From: Promethearchaeota archaeon
Lineage (GTDB): Archaea; Asgardarchaeota; Lokiarchaeia; Sigyniarchaeales; SOKP01
Direction: 5' to 3'
Assembly (NCBI GenBank): GCA_048940645.1
Contig: JBHLOI010000002.1
Coordinates: 32,001-96,000 of the forward strand
Length of the DNA: 64,000 nucleotides
In this document: in pieces, positions 49,139 to 59,471 of the stretch
Layout: each line of letters opens with the position of its first letter
Numbering within the stretch: the stretch's first letter is position 1
Notes under the pieces: generated by a model
What the model was told of the DNA's origin: nothing
Databases searched by the model: none
What the model saw: only the letters and a program-made list of their open reading frames with translations
Position numbers and translations under genes: made by a program

Positions 49139-50845
49139 TTATTTTAATTTTCGTTTTATCTTTCTTTGAGGAGGTTTCTTTTCTGGTTCTTCTTCTAGTT
49201 CAATTTCTTCAATTTCTTCCTCTGTTATTTTTTCTTTTGGTGGTTTTTCCTTTTTCTTTTTTGGAGTTATTTCCTTTTTCTTAGTAATCATTGGTTGCCG
49301 TTCGACAAATTTAGTTTTGACTCTTTTATATGAAAAGGCTATTCCTGCTAATATTCCAAAAACTAAGCCTATAATTAACATAATCAAAGGCATTAAGGGT
49401 GTTAATTCATCAGGAATAATTCTTATTTCTTTTGGCCCAAGTCCAAAATCAGAAGTAACGTGAGTCGTATCCCCATCCTCGTCAGTTACAGAAATGTAGA
49501 CATACCAAACACCTGTGATTAAATTAACTGATCGAATTAATAATGTCATACTATCTGAATATACTTTTGTAACATTATGCCAATTATCATTTTCATCTAA
49601 TAGACTAACAGTTACATAGGCAATTGTGTCTTCTACATCAGAAATATTAAAAGTGAAGATCATATCTTCTCCATAATTTATAGCAATGCTTTCTTCAATA
49701 CCCAAACCATTTATCCAGAATTCATGGATTTCTGGAAAGTTATTTTTTATTGTTAAAGTTTCATTATAAGTACTTACTCCATCAAACTGATCTTTAACCT
49801 TCAAAATTGCTTGATAAATTCCGACTGGCTTATCAATATCTATTGAAAAAGTTCCATCAAACGTCCAGTCTTTGTTGTTACTCAATAGATACGGAGTCTC
49901 TTTTTGTCCAATAGATGTAATCAATATTAAAGAAACATTAAGATATCCTGGTCTTGTATTTGGGTCAGCATCAGATACATTCAAGGAAATGTGGCAGTCT
50001 TCATCTCTATTAAATTCTTGTAATGAAAAATTAACTGATAATTCACTTATTTGTGGGATTGAATTTAAAACTTTAAACGGGATATAAGCAGCGATTTTCT
50101 TAGAAGGTGAATCATCTGACATATTAATTTTAACATAATAGATTTTATTAGGTTGAGTAAATCTATCATCTATCTGAAATGAAAAGTGCTGAATATTATT
50201 TCCTAAATCAAAAAGGTTTACTTGAATACTTTCAGATATACTATCAACAACTGTTACATTCCAGTTGAAATTATAAATGTCGTGATCATCTACATAAAGG
50301 TTTCCATCTACAAAGTCTCCTCTATTATGCTCAAAACTATTAAGGCCTGCTACATAATTCGATTTAATAGTGAAATTTGTATAGGTAGTATGAGCATTTA
50401 CTATTTCATCCGATATATTATAGATTAAAAAGCTAACATTTTGAAACTCTAATGGTGCGAATGATTTAGGTGAATATACATATGAATATATATCAGTTTC
50501 AATGAAAGACATGTTGTAGTTACCAACACTTCTATTAGAAAAATCGATTTGCATGAATGTGTATTTCACATTATCAAAACCAGAAACATTAACAGTAAAT
50601 TTAATAGATTCAAAGAATCTATATACAATTGTATCATTTCTTGTTATTGAAGAAAAATTTAGAGCTTTTTTTCCACTTTGGGAGGTTCTTATGTCTTTTA
50701 AATTTACTTCATTTACATTATTATCTAGATTTGAATAGCTATTATTTTGTGTAATTAAAACAAGATTGAAGGAAATTCCAAGAAAAATAAATAGAATAAA
50801 AGTGCTTCTTATAAAATTCTTGTAATTAATCATTTTTTTGTTCAT
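49139..50845 (-). CDS. Cell-surface protein: N-terminal signal/TM, beta-rich Ig-like repeats, C-terminal TM, charged cytoplasmic tail
   Basis: Hydrophobic N-terminus, many NxS/T sequons, VSVTDxDG-type strands, TM near aa 485-507, K/E-rich tail. Confidence 0.7.
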   Translation of the reverse strand: MNKKMINYKNFIRSTFILFIFLGISFNLVLITQNNSYSNLDNNVNEVNLKDIRTSQSGKKALNFSSITRNDTIVYRFFESIKFTVNVSGFDNVKYTFMQIDFSNRSVGNYNMSFIETDIYSYVYSPKSFAPLEFQNVSFLIYNISDEIVNAHTTYTNFTIKSNYVAGLNSFEHNRGDFVDGNLYVDDHDIYNFNWNVTVVDSISESIQVNLFDLGNNIQHFSFQIDDRFTQPNKIYYVKINMSDDSPSKKIAAYIPFKVLNSIPQISELSVNFSLQEFNRDEDCHISLNVSDADPNTRPGYLNVSLILITSIGQKETPYLLSNNKDWTFDGTFSIDIDKPVGIYQAILKVKDQFDGVSTYNETLTIKNNFPEIHEFWINGLGIEESIAINYGEDMIFTFNISDVEDTIAYVTVSLLDENDNWHNVTKVYSDSMTLLIRSVNLITGVWYVYISVTDEDGDTTHVTSDFGLGPKEIRIIPDELTPLMPLIMLIIGLVFGILAGIAFSYKRVKTKFVERQPMITKKKEITPKKKKEKPPKEKITEEEIEEIELEEEPEKKPPQRKIKRKLK

Positions 50846-53595
50846 CTCCTTAATAATTTATGTTTTATTTCTTTATTTTTATAAAATAAAACAATAGCGA
50901 TGGGAATAAGAATAGGTAATAAATAAAACACGACGAAATTGAAGGTTGTAAGTTCAACTTTTATATTAAAATAAAATTGGGCAATAATGTTATTAGAACT
51001 ATCTCTTAAAACAAATGTGTAAGATTTTGATGTAAAATCATAAGGGTTAATGGTGGGTAACACCTCTGCGGTAACTGTATTTCTTCCTGGACCTAATCCA
51101 TTGATATTAGTCTCTAGCTTTTCTCCATTTGCATATAATGAAAAAATTTCAGAGATTTCTTGGTTATTTTGAATAATCACAATAAAATGTGCGTAATCTC
51201 CCTGGGGTACAACGCTAGGAAAGGTTACACTCAATATTTCAAATTTCTTAATAATTTGAATTGAAAAGGATTTAGTATAAAAGATTGTATTGCCTTTTTT
51301 TATATTCATCTCTATTTCTGTTGTATCAGATATTATATTATCTGCTAATTCTATTGAATAAAATACAGTTTTAGTTTCACTTTTTAATAAAGTGATTTCC
51401 TCTACTATCTCTTGAGCTAAATCTTCGCCTGAGAAAGTAATATTGAGATATTGTGAACTATTGGGTAGAAAGTTTAGAAGTTTTAGAGATAAATCAATAA
51501 TTCCTCCACTTGTTACTATACTTTCATAAAAAAAATCTGCATAATCAAATGAGTAACCAATATCTATAATTCTTATAATTTCTAAATAAAGAATATTATC
51601 TTTTTTAAGTTGAAACGTTAAATTGTGGTCACCTAAATCAGCATCAAGTACAGCTATTAAGTTAAATGATATGTTAGTTAAAACCATTGTCGGTAGATAT
51701 ACAATTTGTGAGCCGTTATAAATATCATCTCCTTCCATAGACATATTTAATGTAACATCTTCATTCCGAGTATTATTTATTTGAAGCGTTATATTATAAG
51801 TTGGACCTTGGTAGACCCTTTTAGGTAATCCTAAAATTCCTTCATATCTTAATCCAGATATTATATTATAACGTTTTAAGCTAATAGCCGTCGCAAAGAT
51901 TGAAGTATTTGCATATATATATAAATAATAGCCACTCCCGACTGGCATAGAATCATTAATATTATATAATAATGTTATGGACTCATCAATTATTTGGTGC
52001 TGTCTCTTTTCTAGTAATGTACCATTTGGATATTTGAATAGATATGTAATATCGGCAGAAATTATGTTATATTGGCTTTTATATATCTCATACTCCTCAG
52101 TAGTTGTATTATAAAAATCAAGATTTTTTTCAAATGAATAAACACATGTAATATTCATTGTATCCTCATTAAAAATATAATCTGGAATTTCTTCTGACAC
52201 ATTATATGAAGCTTTAATCACTGTACTGGTATATATATCATCCGCATACAAATAAGCTTCACTTAATTTTAAATTAGCATAGAAATTCTTATTATTATTA
52301 ATAGGAGAATCAATAGATAATCTGTAAGCGTTTACTGTTTCATCATAAAAACTATTTTCAAATGTCTCATGCAGTTGCCAAGCTCTATTATAATAAGTTA
52401 TATTACCTGTGGTTTCAAATAACTTCATGCATGCCATTAATGTAATAGAATTTGATTCTAATTCTATAGTTCGAATAGCGCCTGAGATATCCCATACTCC
52501 ATCGCGACTGTATTCATAGGCATTAAATCCTGGATCCCACATTGCTTCTAGCTTATTAAAAAGGTTTTTAGCAAATTGTAAATATAATGAATCATTTTTC
52601 ATTCCATTTACTTTCCAAATTTCGATTAAAGTGATTATTCCTAATGCGTTGACAGATAAATATTTATAGTCACTGCCTGTAGTCCAATCCTGTAAAGAAT
52701 AATATTTAAATCCCCCGTTTGTATCATCCCATACGTTTGCTAGGAGTTTATTCATTGTATTATTTGCTAATTCAAGTGCTTTGTTGCTTATATCTTGATC
52801 CAGATCCAGTTTTTCATAGAGTTTGTGAATCTCCAAATTTGCTAATATGGCATATAAATTACTTTCTGTATATTTATCCGTGGTTGAGTTATGGTGATAA
52901 AACCCTGCTTTTGAAGAGGTGTCCCTAAATTCCGTTGAATTTATAAGATCAAACATTTCTTCAAGAGAAGATATATAATTAACATCCCCTATATTTTCAC
53001 CAATGTTTTCAATTAAAAGAAATATAGGCATTAAGTTATCAATAAGATACCTGTCATAATTATATACCTTATTAGTTTTACCATTAATTGACCTCACAAA
53101 TCCATATTTCTTTAGATTAATGTCACCTTCATACCATAAAGGAGATTCCCTTAATAATAAATAATTATCATATGTTGCACTTGGACTAATATCATCTTTT
53201 AATAGGGACTTATATAATAACAAATTATCAATAGGATATACTCTATCATCCAGAATACTGCCTGTGCTATCTCCCTCTCTATAATATGTATCTATTTGTA
53301 GGGTTAAATCTGATTCATAATTATTTCTAAAAAAATTCCATATTTTGTCAAAATTTTTTTTAAAAGGATCTTGAAATACATATCCAATATCTGCCGAATT
53401 AATAATAATTGGCTGATCTTGATTATTATCATATTGTAAAGATGAACTTTTATTTTCAGAATGATAAAAATTGTTAAAAATATAAAAAAAATTCAAAACA
53501 CAAATAAAAACTAAAAATAGACATAAAAGTTCCTTTTTATTGAGTCCATTTTTTCTATATTTCATCTGAGAACTAGAAGTTTTTAAGAGACTCAT
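50842..53595 (-). CDS. Large cell-surface protein with (alpha/alpha)6-barrel GH76/AGE-like domain, Ig/CARDB-like repeats and C-terminal TM
   Basis: Signal-like N-terminus; repeated [WY]D...G[GA][FY] helix-loop motifs (VWDDTNGGF, MWDPGFNAY, FYDETVNAY); C-terminal TM; 4-nt overlap with the next gene. Confidence 0.6.
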   Translation of the reverse strand: MSLLKTSSSQMKYRKNGLNKKELLCLFLVFICVLNFFYIFNNFYHSENKSSSLQYDNNQDQPIIINSADIGYVFQDPFKKNFDKIWNFFRNNYESDLTLQIDTYYREGDSTGSILDDRVYPIDNLLLYKSLLKDDISPSATYDNYLLLRESPLWYEGDINLKKYGFVRSINGKTNKVYNYDRYLIDNLMPIFLLIENIGENIGDVNYISSLEEMFDLINSTEFRDTSSKAGFYHHNSTTDKYTESNLYAILANLEIHKLYEKLDLDQDISNKALELANNTMNKLLANVWDDTNGGFKYYSLQDWTTGSDYKYLSVNALGIITLIEIWKVNGMKNDSLYLQFAKNLFNKLEAMWDPGFNAYEYSRDGVWDISGAIRTIELESNSITLMACMKLFETTGNITYYNRAWQLHETFENSFYDETVNAYRLSIDSPINNNKNFYANLKLSEAYLYADDIYTSTVIKASYNVSEEIPDYIFNEDTMNITCVYSFEKNLDFYNTTTEEYEIYKSQYNIISADITYLFKYPNGTLLEKRQHQIIDESITLLYNINDSMPVGSGYYLYIYANTSIFATAISLKRYNIISGLRYEGILGLPKRVYQGPTYNITLQINNTRNEDVTLNMSMEGDDIYNGSQIVYLPTMVLTNISFNLIAVLDADLGDHNLTFQLKKDNILYLEIIRIIDIGYSFDYADFFYESIVTSGGIIDLSLKLLNFLPNSSQYLNITFSGEDLAQEIVEEITLLKSETKTVFYSIELADNIISDTTEIEMNIKKGNTIFYTKSFSIQIIKKFEILSVTFPSVVPQGDYAHFIVIIQNNQEISEIFSLYANGEKLETNINGLGPGRNTVTAEVLPTINPYDFTSKSYTFVLRDSSNNIIAQFYFNIKVELTTFNFVVFYLLPILIPIAIVLFYKNKEIKHKLLRR

Positions 53596-53726
53596 ATTGA
53601 AATCTATTTAGTTTTGAATTTGTTTTATTTTAAAAGGTATATTTTTTAAAAAAATTTTCTTCTCTTTAAAATCTTTTTCTGAAAACCTCGGTTTTTTAGA
53701 GATATTTTAACTTGAATTTTAATCGT

Positions 53727-55208
53727 TTATTTATTTATTATATTTGGAACTTCAGAAATCTCCACTCTAACTTGATTCATCGAATCTCTCTCTCTAATAG
53801 TTACTGTGTTATCTTCAAGTGATTGATAATCGATTGTTATACAAAATGGGGTTCCTAATTCATCTTGTCTACGATATCTCTTCCCAATAGATCCTGCTGC
53901 ATCATAGAAAGATTTAATTCGGAGTTCAAGTAAATTACGATGTATTTTTATTGCTAAATTTCTTATTTTTTCTTTATTTCTTACTAATGGAAATACAGCT
54001 ACAGTATTAGGGGCTAAGTCCTTTTCTAGTTTTAGATTTATTCTTCCATCTTCAACACTAAATGCATTTTCTAATAATGTATAGATAATTCTATCGATTC
54101 CAAAAGCAATTTCAAGGATTTGAGGGATTTCTTTTACATTTGGATCAGATCCCATGCTTACCTTAAAATCTTGCTTTGAATAATCTCCATGTCTTTTTAA
54201 ATCATAATCAGTTCGGTCGTGTACCCCACAAATTTCAACCCATCCAAATTGATTAGTCTTTATTTCTAAATCCCAAGCATCATCAGCATAATGGGCTCTC
54301 TCATGAGGAGAATGTTGCCTGTATCTTATTACTTCTTCAGGAATACCTACTTTTTTTGTTAAATAATAGCCTAAATAAAGGCAATAAGCGAAAGCGGGTT
54401 TCTTTAATATTTTTTTATTTATTGCTTGCTCAAGAGATATTAGATTAGGTGTATCTATTTTTTTTTCTTGGATTTGCCAGTCTAGTAATGGTAATTTGAA
54501 TTTTTTGATCTCAGAATAATCTTCAAAATCCATTTCTTGCTCCTTACCTATAAATAATTGAATTTCAAACTGATCAAATGCTCTCATTCTTAATATTAAT
54601 TGTCTTGGAGAGATTTCATTTCTGTATGCTTTTCCATATTGATAGATTTTAATCGGGTATTGTCTTCTAGCATCTTGATCTAATCTATTGAAAAGCAAAT
54701 ACGTGGTTGTAGCTGTTTCTGGTCTTAAATATGCAATTGTATCATTTCCAACAGTAGTTTTTAACATTAAATTATATTCTTCAATTTTATAGACAACATT
54801 GCTACATTTTGGGCATAAAATTCTATTCTTTTTAATTAACTCTTCCATTTCTTCAAAGGAAAGCCCATCAATTATTTGATCGGGTAGAGCTTCTTGAAGC
54901 AGTTTATCAACTCTATATTGAGTATTACATTCTTCACATTTTATTACAGGATCAATAAATCGTTCTAAATGGCCTGAAGCTCTCCATACGACCTCAGGCA
55001 TAATTGTGGGGCATTCAACTTCCCCAAATCCAAAATATCTTAACTCTCTTCTAAGCATGGATAAAATATTATGCTTTAATTCCATTCCAGCTGGACCATA
55101 TGAGTAAAAACCCGCTAAACCACCATAAATTTCTGGTGATGGGCCCCATATGAATGAACGTCTTTTGATCAATGAATTAAAGGTTTCTATATTATCCTCG
55201 ATTTTCAT
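53727..55208 (-). CDS. glyS: Glycine-tRNA ligase (alpha2, archaeal/eukaryotic type)
   Basis: EIYGG.AGF..YGP, YLRPETA, GKAYRNEISPR, ERAHYA, GSIGKRYRRQDELGTPFC. Confidence 0.95.
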   Translation of the reverse strand: MKIEDNIETFNSLIKRRSFIWGPSPEIYGGLAGFYSYGPAGMELKHNILSMLRRELRYFGFGEVECPTIMPEVVWRASGHLERFIDPVIKCEECNTQYRVDKLLQEALPDQIIDGLSFEEMEELIKKNRILCPKCSNVVYKIEEYNLMLKTTVGNDTIAYLRPETATTTYLLFNRLDQDARRQYPIKIYQYGKAYRNEISPRQLILRMRAFDQFEIQLFIGKEQEMDFEDYSEIKKFKLPLLDWQIQEKKIDTPNLISLEQAINKKILKKPAFAYCLYLGYYLTKKVGIPEEVIRYRQHSPHERAHYADDAWDLEIKTNQFGWVEICGVHDRTDYDLKRHGDYSKQDFKVSMGSDPNVKEIPQILEIAFGIDRIIYTLLENAFSVEDGRINLKLEKDLAPNTVAVFPLVRNKEKIRNLAIKIHRNLLELRIKSFYDAAGSIGKRYRRQDELGTPFCITIDYQSLEDNTVTIRERDSMNQVRVEISEVPNIINK

Positions 55209-55376
55209 TATTTCTTTCTCCTCTGCGATTATTATTTAAAGAAATTTTTGATAATATTTGTATTTTAAGAATTCAAGTTAGTCAATTCTAATAATATAAA
55301 TTTTTATATAAGAAAAAGATAGTATTATTATATTTTTAAGTGATTATATCAAATTATATAAATTTAAAATTTTAAA

Positions 55377-56246
55377 TTGATTATTATGATTTTCCAAGAT
55401 GATCTTTTTACTAAATTTACTTTCTGGGACGCTATTGAATCTGGATTATATTATGTAATTGTAGGATATTATTTTCTGATATTTGCTTACTTCCTATTAA
55501 TGAGATTTAGAACTTCAAAAAAATATTTTTGGTTGTATTTCTCAGTATTATTTTTATGTTTAGCTGCTAGTAGAGTTTTCTTTATTATTTATTATTTCTA
55601 TACGCCTGAACTTGAGGGTACAATTAGCTCTTCTGAACTTGTAGGTATCTTAATGCTTCAGTATCGATTGGCTACATTTTCAACTTGGCTGGGCATTGCA
55701 AGTTTAATGGGAGTTTTTGGAATCTTAATCTTCCCACCTATTACAGAAATGGAAGGGTTGAGTGAAAAAAACGAAGTTAAAAAGAAGTATAAAAAATTTT
55801 TAAAAAATAAAAATCTGAGAATCAGTTTTAAACTATTAATAATAGTTATTCCAGTAATAATAGGAATTTTAGCTTTAGTTTTACCAGATTTATTATTTAT
55901 GGATCCTGATTTTGTTGATTTATATTTTGGAGGAATAGATCCAGGTTTGGTTACAATATTCGGATATCCAGTGGGAAGAGCTCTATTAAATTTCATCTTA
56001 TTACCTTTATTTGTGGCGATAATTCCATTTTTGTTTATTAGTTTGGCATTGAGAACTTTTGGAGTTCTGCGAAGATCATATGCTCTTAATGCTATTGGAT
56101 TTTTGATTTATTTTATTGGACGTATCCTTCAAGGAGTATTTGACACATTAGAATGGACTCATGTAAATGCAGTTGCACCACCTCTATTAATATTGTTATC
56201 CTTACTGATAATCGTTATTGCTAACAACTATGAACAATTAAGATGA
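55377..56246 (+). CDS. Hypothetical multi-pass (about 7 TM) membrane protein
   Basis: About 7 hydrophobic segments with one basic loop. Confidence 0.6.
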   Translation: MIIMIFQDDLFTKFTFWDAIESGLYYVIVGYYFLIFAYFLLMRFRTSKKYFWLYFSVLFLCLAASRVFFIIYYFYTPELEGTISSSELVGILMLQYRLATFSTWLGIASLMGVFGILIFPPITEMEGLSEKNEVKKKYKKFLKNKNLRISFKLLIIVIPVIIGILALVLPDLLFMDPDFVDLYFGGIDPGLVTIFGYPVGRALLNFILLPLFVAIIPFLFISLALRTFGVLRRSYALNAIGFLIYFIGRILQGVFDTLEWTHVNAVAPPLLILLSLLIIVIANNYEQLR

Positions 56247-56354
56247 AAATTTTAATATTATTTTATTAAAAAAATAAAATTTTTAGGAATAATTAATTTG
56301 TTATCTTCAACGTTAAACTATATTATAAATATCAAAATTTAAGGGGTTTATTTT

Positions 56355-57986
56355 ATGTCGATTCATGGAAATCAATATATTTTACCACTATTTAATACCC
56401 CTTCCACTATAGCTCCTATTAAAGAAAATGATGAGTTGGCACTAGCTTTTTATCTATTATCAAAAGATTTACAACCATACGAGAAAATAATCTCTTTTTC
56501 TAGATTATTATGGCCATTTCTATGTATTCAAGGCGTAATTGGAACTCATATAATTTTAGACGGTTTGAATGTGTTTTCCAAAGAAGGGAAACTAACTAAT
56601 CCTCCTCGTCAGCCTTTAATTGGCCATTTATTGAGAAATGTTGAAAATAGAAGTAAAATTGAACAATTAAATAAAATTATTGAAGTTTTAACTTATAAAG
56701 ATACGGGAGCTGAAGAAATAGGTGAAGGTGAAGAATCAGAATATCAAAAACTCAAAATTAATGGTTTAATTAATCCAGAATTTCTTCAATCATTAGTAAA
56801 TCTAATTAATCTCGTAGAATATAAACCAGTTTCAGATTATATGCCTTTAGATTATGGATTAAGTACTGATGAGGCATTAAACGTGGCTGAAAAGTATAGG
56901 AATATCATCGATTATATGAAAGGAAATGCCTACAGATGGAATTCTCAAATTGAACTTATTGAAAAAGAAGTCGAAAAGTGGTTAGTAAATCTTAATGTTC
57001 AATTAAAAGATATTGATACTAGATACACATCACAAATAAGTAAAACATCTCAAGCAATCGATTCTGATCAAATTAAAGAACAAGTTGCTTTAGAGAGTGA
57101 TAAAATTGATCAATGGAAAGTAAATGAGAAAAAGTCAGTAATTGAAAATATCTGTGTTTTATTTAAAACAGCTGAAAGAGAACTTGAAGAGATCATTAAA
57201 AAAAACAAATTCTTTACTGTTGCTGAAGTTTTAAAAAGTAAAGTCTTTGAAGATCTTACAGAATCTTTTGAAAATCACTTTAAATTTTTAATAGATGAAG
57301 GAAATAAATTTGTGGACTCTATTAATTCTTTAACAGGGAAATACATGGAATTAAAAGAACGTGCTTATCAAGTTGATGATGAAGCAAAAATAAAATTAGA
57401 AAAGTTTTCAAATGAATTGAATTCAAAATTAAAAGATAGAGACCAAAATTTGTCTACTTTTGCTGAAAAGAAAAATGAAGAAATAACACAAATTGAAAAT
57501 TTAAAGATTGTTCTAGAGAGATTATTTTCTGAGATTAAAAAAATTATTCAAAATAAAAATGGAACATGTCTACAGGAAGCTAAAGATTTAATTGCATGGT
57601 CTTTAAGTGACAACCAAGCAGAGTTATTTAATAGGCCTATTCAATGGGTTTATATGCCTTTATATGGGATGTTTGTAGAAAATGAAAACACAATGGAAGA
57701 GGGAATAAAATTCATCTTTCCAGGTGATATTAAATCTGATCCACTAAATATATATACAGAGACTTCAGAATCTATGAAAACATTAAAAGAGCTAATAATT
57801 GAAAAAGTAGAAGATGATATGGCTTTAAGGTCAAATTTTGAATTTTCCTGCGAAACTAAGAATTTACTTTCAGATAGAAGCTTTAAGAAAAAGCTTCAAC
57901 AAGGCATTTCAATTTTAAGAGGTAAAGCTGTACTCAATAATCAAATGGAAACTGAACTAAGAGAAAAGCTTAATATATTAGTATAA
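56355..57986 (+). CDS. Hypothetical protein with long central coiled coil
   Basis: Heptad-rich, charged region at about aa 170-410, flanked by LLWPF and YMPLY beta motifs. Confidence 0.65.
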   Translation: MSIHGNQYILPLFNTPSTIAPIKENDELALAFYLLSKDLQPYEKIISFSRLLWPFLCIQGVIGTHIILDGLNVFSKEGKLTNPPRQPLIGHLLRNVENRSKIEQLNKIIEVLTYKDTGAEEIGEGEESEYQKLKINGLINPEFLQSLVNLINLVEYKPVSDYMPLDYGLSTDEALNVAEKYRNIIDYMKGNAYRWNSQIELIEKEVEKWLVNLNVQLKDIDTRYTSQISKTSQAIDSDQIKEQVALESDKIDQWKVNEKKSVIENICVLFKTAERELEEIIKKNKFFTVAEVLKSKVFEDLTESFENHFKFLIDEGNKFVDSINSLTGKYMELKERAYQVDDEAKIKLEKFSNELNSKLKDRDQNLSTFAEKKNEEITQIENLKIVLERLFSEIKKIIQNKNGTCLQEAKDLIAWSLSDNQAELFNRPIQWVYMPLYGMFVENENTMEEGIKFIFPGDIKSDPLNIYTETSESMKTLKELIIEKVEDDMALRSNFEFSCETKNLLSDRSFKKKLQQGISILRGKAVLNNQMETELREKLNILV

Positions 57987-58008
57987 TCCTTAGGTTTTTT
58001 CAAAGAAA

Positions 58009-58680
58009 ATGTCCGAAAAAAAAGGGTTTAGAAGAAAAATCTTTTTAAAAAAAAAATTTTTAAGATCTCTTTTTTTAAGTATTGAGAAAGATAGGGAAAA
58101 AGGAAAAGTAAGTAATCATGAAAGGGAAATCCTTGATCAAGGATTGGTCTATGTCCAAATGAGGTTACCAGTAGATAAGATAACAAAAGATTTTGAAGAT
58201 TATTTGAAAAAGAAGATAGAACATAATATATATCATGCAGATATTAGAGAGGCTACAGAGAAAGACTTACAGAGTGTTGTAAACATCTATAATAAGTCTT
58301 GGCTTACAGCAAACACCCCTTTCAGGCCTATAGAACGTGATACATTAAAAAAAATTTTTGTGGATCCCGATACTGTTTTTTTAATTGCAAAAGTGTATGG
58401 TATAGATGGAGCCTTTGCTATTTTGGATTTTGAAGGAGATAATAAAGAATATGGCATTATTGCAGGATTAGGTGTATTACCTCGCTTTCAAAGAAAAGGA
58501 TTAGGAACAGTATTAGGTTTAGCAGCTTGGAATTATTTTAAAAAGAAGGGTGTTAAAGAATTACGTTGTGAAGTATATAAAGAGAATCAGAGGTCTTTCA
58601 ATTTTATAAACGGACTTAATTTTGAAGTATTTGGACAAAAATCTTACCGTAAAGAAGATTTTGAATTAGAGGATGTATAA
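58009..58680 (+). CDS. GNAT N-acetyltransferase, paralog 1
   Basis: IREATEKDL, LGVLPRFQRKGLG, EVYKENQRS..F...LNF. Confidence 0.88.
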   Translation: MSEKKGFRRKIFLKKKFLRSLFLSIEKDREKGKVSNHEREILDQGLVYVQMRLPVDKITKDFEDYLKKKIEHNIYHADIREATEKDLQSVVNIYNKSWLTANTPFRPIERDTLKKIFVDPDTVFLIAKVYGIDGAFAILDFEGDNKEYGIIAGLGVLPRFQRKGLGTVLGLAAWNYFKKKGVKELRCEVYKENQRSFNFINGLNFEVFGQKSYRKEDFELEDV

Positions 58681-58749
58681 AATAAAATTTTTTTAAAATC
58701 TGGTTTTTTATTTAAACAAATTAGCATTTTTCTTTAAGGAATAAATTAT

Positions 58750-59406
58750 ATGTCAGAGTCAAAGTCAAGTTTTAAAAAAAAAAGAGTTAGAAGTTTTTTC
58801 TTAGCTTCACACAAAAAAGAAGTATCTAAAAGCGATTTAGAAGATGAGTTAGAAAAGAACGGAATGCTTTATATTCAAATGAGATTACCTATTGATAAAA
58901 TTACACCTAACTTTGTAGCTAATTTGAAAAAAAAAGTAGAACGAAATATACTTAAAGCTAAGATTAGAGAAGCCATAAAATCTGATTTAGAAAGCGTCGT
59001 ATATTTATATAATAGAAGTTGGATGACTTCTTGTACACCATTTTCTCCCTTATCAATTGATTCTTTAAAAAATCTTTATGAGTATCCAGAGATTAAAATT
59101 TTAATAGCAAAAGTATATGGCTCTGATTCAGGATTTGTAATTCTAGATCTGGATGGTCCTAAAAATGAATATGGAGTTATTGCAGGTTTGGGTGTTTTAC
59201 CAAGATTTCAACGTAAAGGATTAGGAACTGTTATAGGAATGGCTGCATGGAATTATTTTAAAAAAAAGGGGATAAAAGAATTACGATGCGAGGTATACAA
59301 GGAAAATAAAGCGTCTTATTACTTTATAAAATCTCTAGGTTTTGAAGAATTTGATACTAAAGTTTATAAACGTGAAGATTTTGAAATAAGAGATAGCATT
59401 AACTAA
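58750..59406 (+). CDS. GNAT N-acetyltransferase, paralog 2
   Basis: Same motifs (LGVLPRFQRKGLG, NKASYYF..SLGF); tandem duplicate. Confidence 0.88.
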   Translation: MSESKSSFKKKRVRSFFLASHKKEVSKSDLEDELEKNGMLYIQMRLPIDKITPNFVANLKKKVERNILKAKIREAIKSDLESVVYLYNRSWMTSCTPFSPLSIDSLKNLYEYPEIKILIAKVYGSDSGFVILDLDGPKNEYGVIAGLGVLPRFQRKGLGTVIGMAAWNYFKKKGIKELRCEVYKENKASYYFIKSLGFEEFDTKVYKREDFEIRDSIN

Positions 59407-59471
59407 GTTTTATAGGTTATAGAAAATTAAATTTTTTTATTCATTAAAAATTAAAATAAGGTGTAATAATT

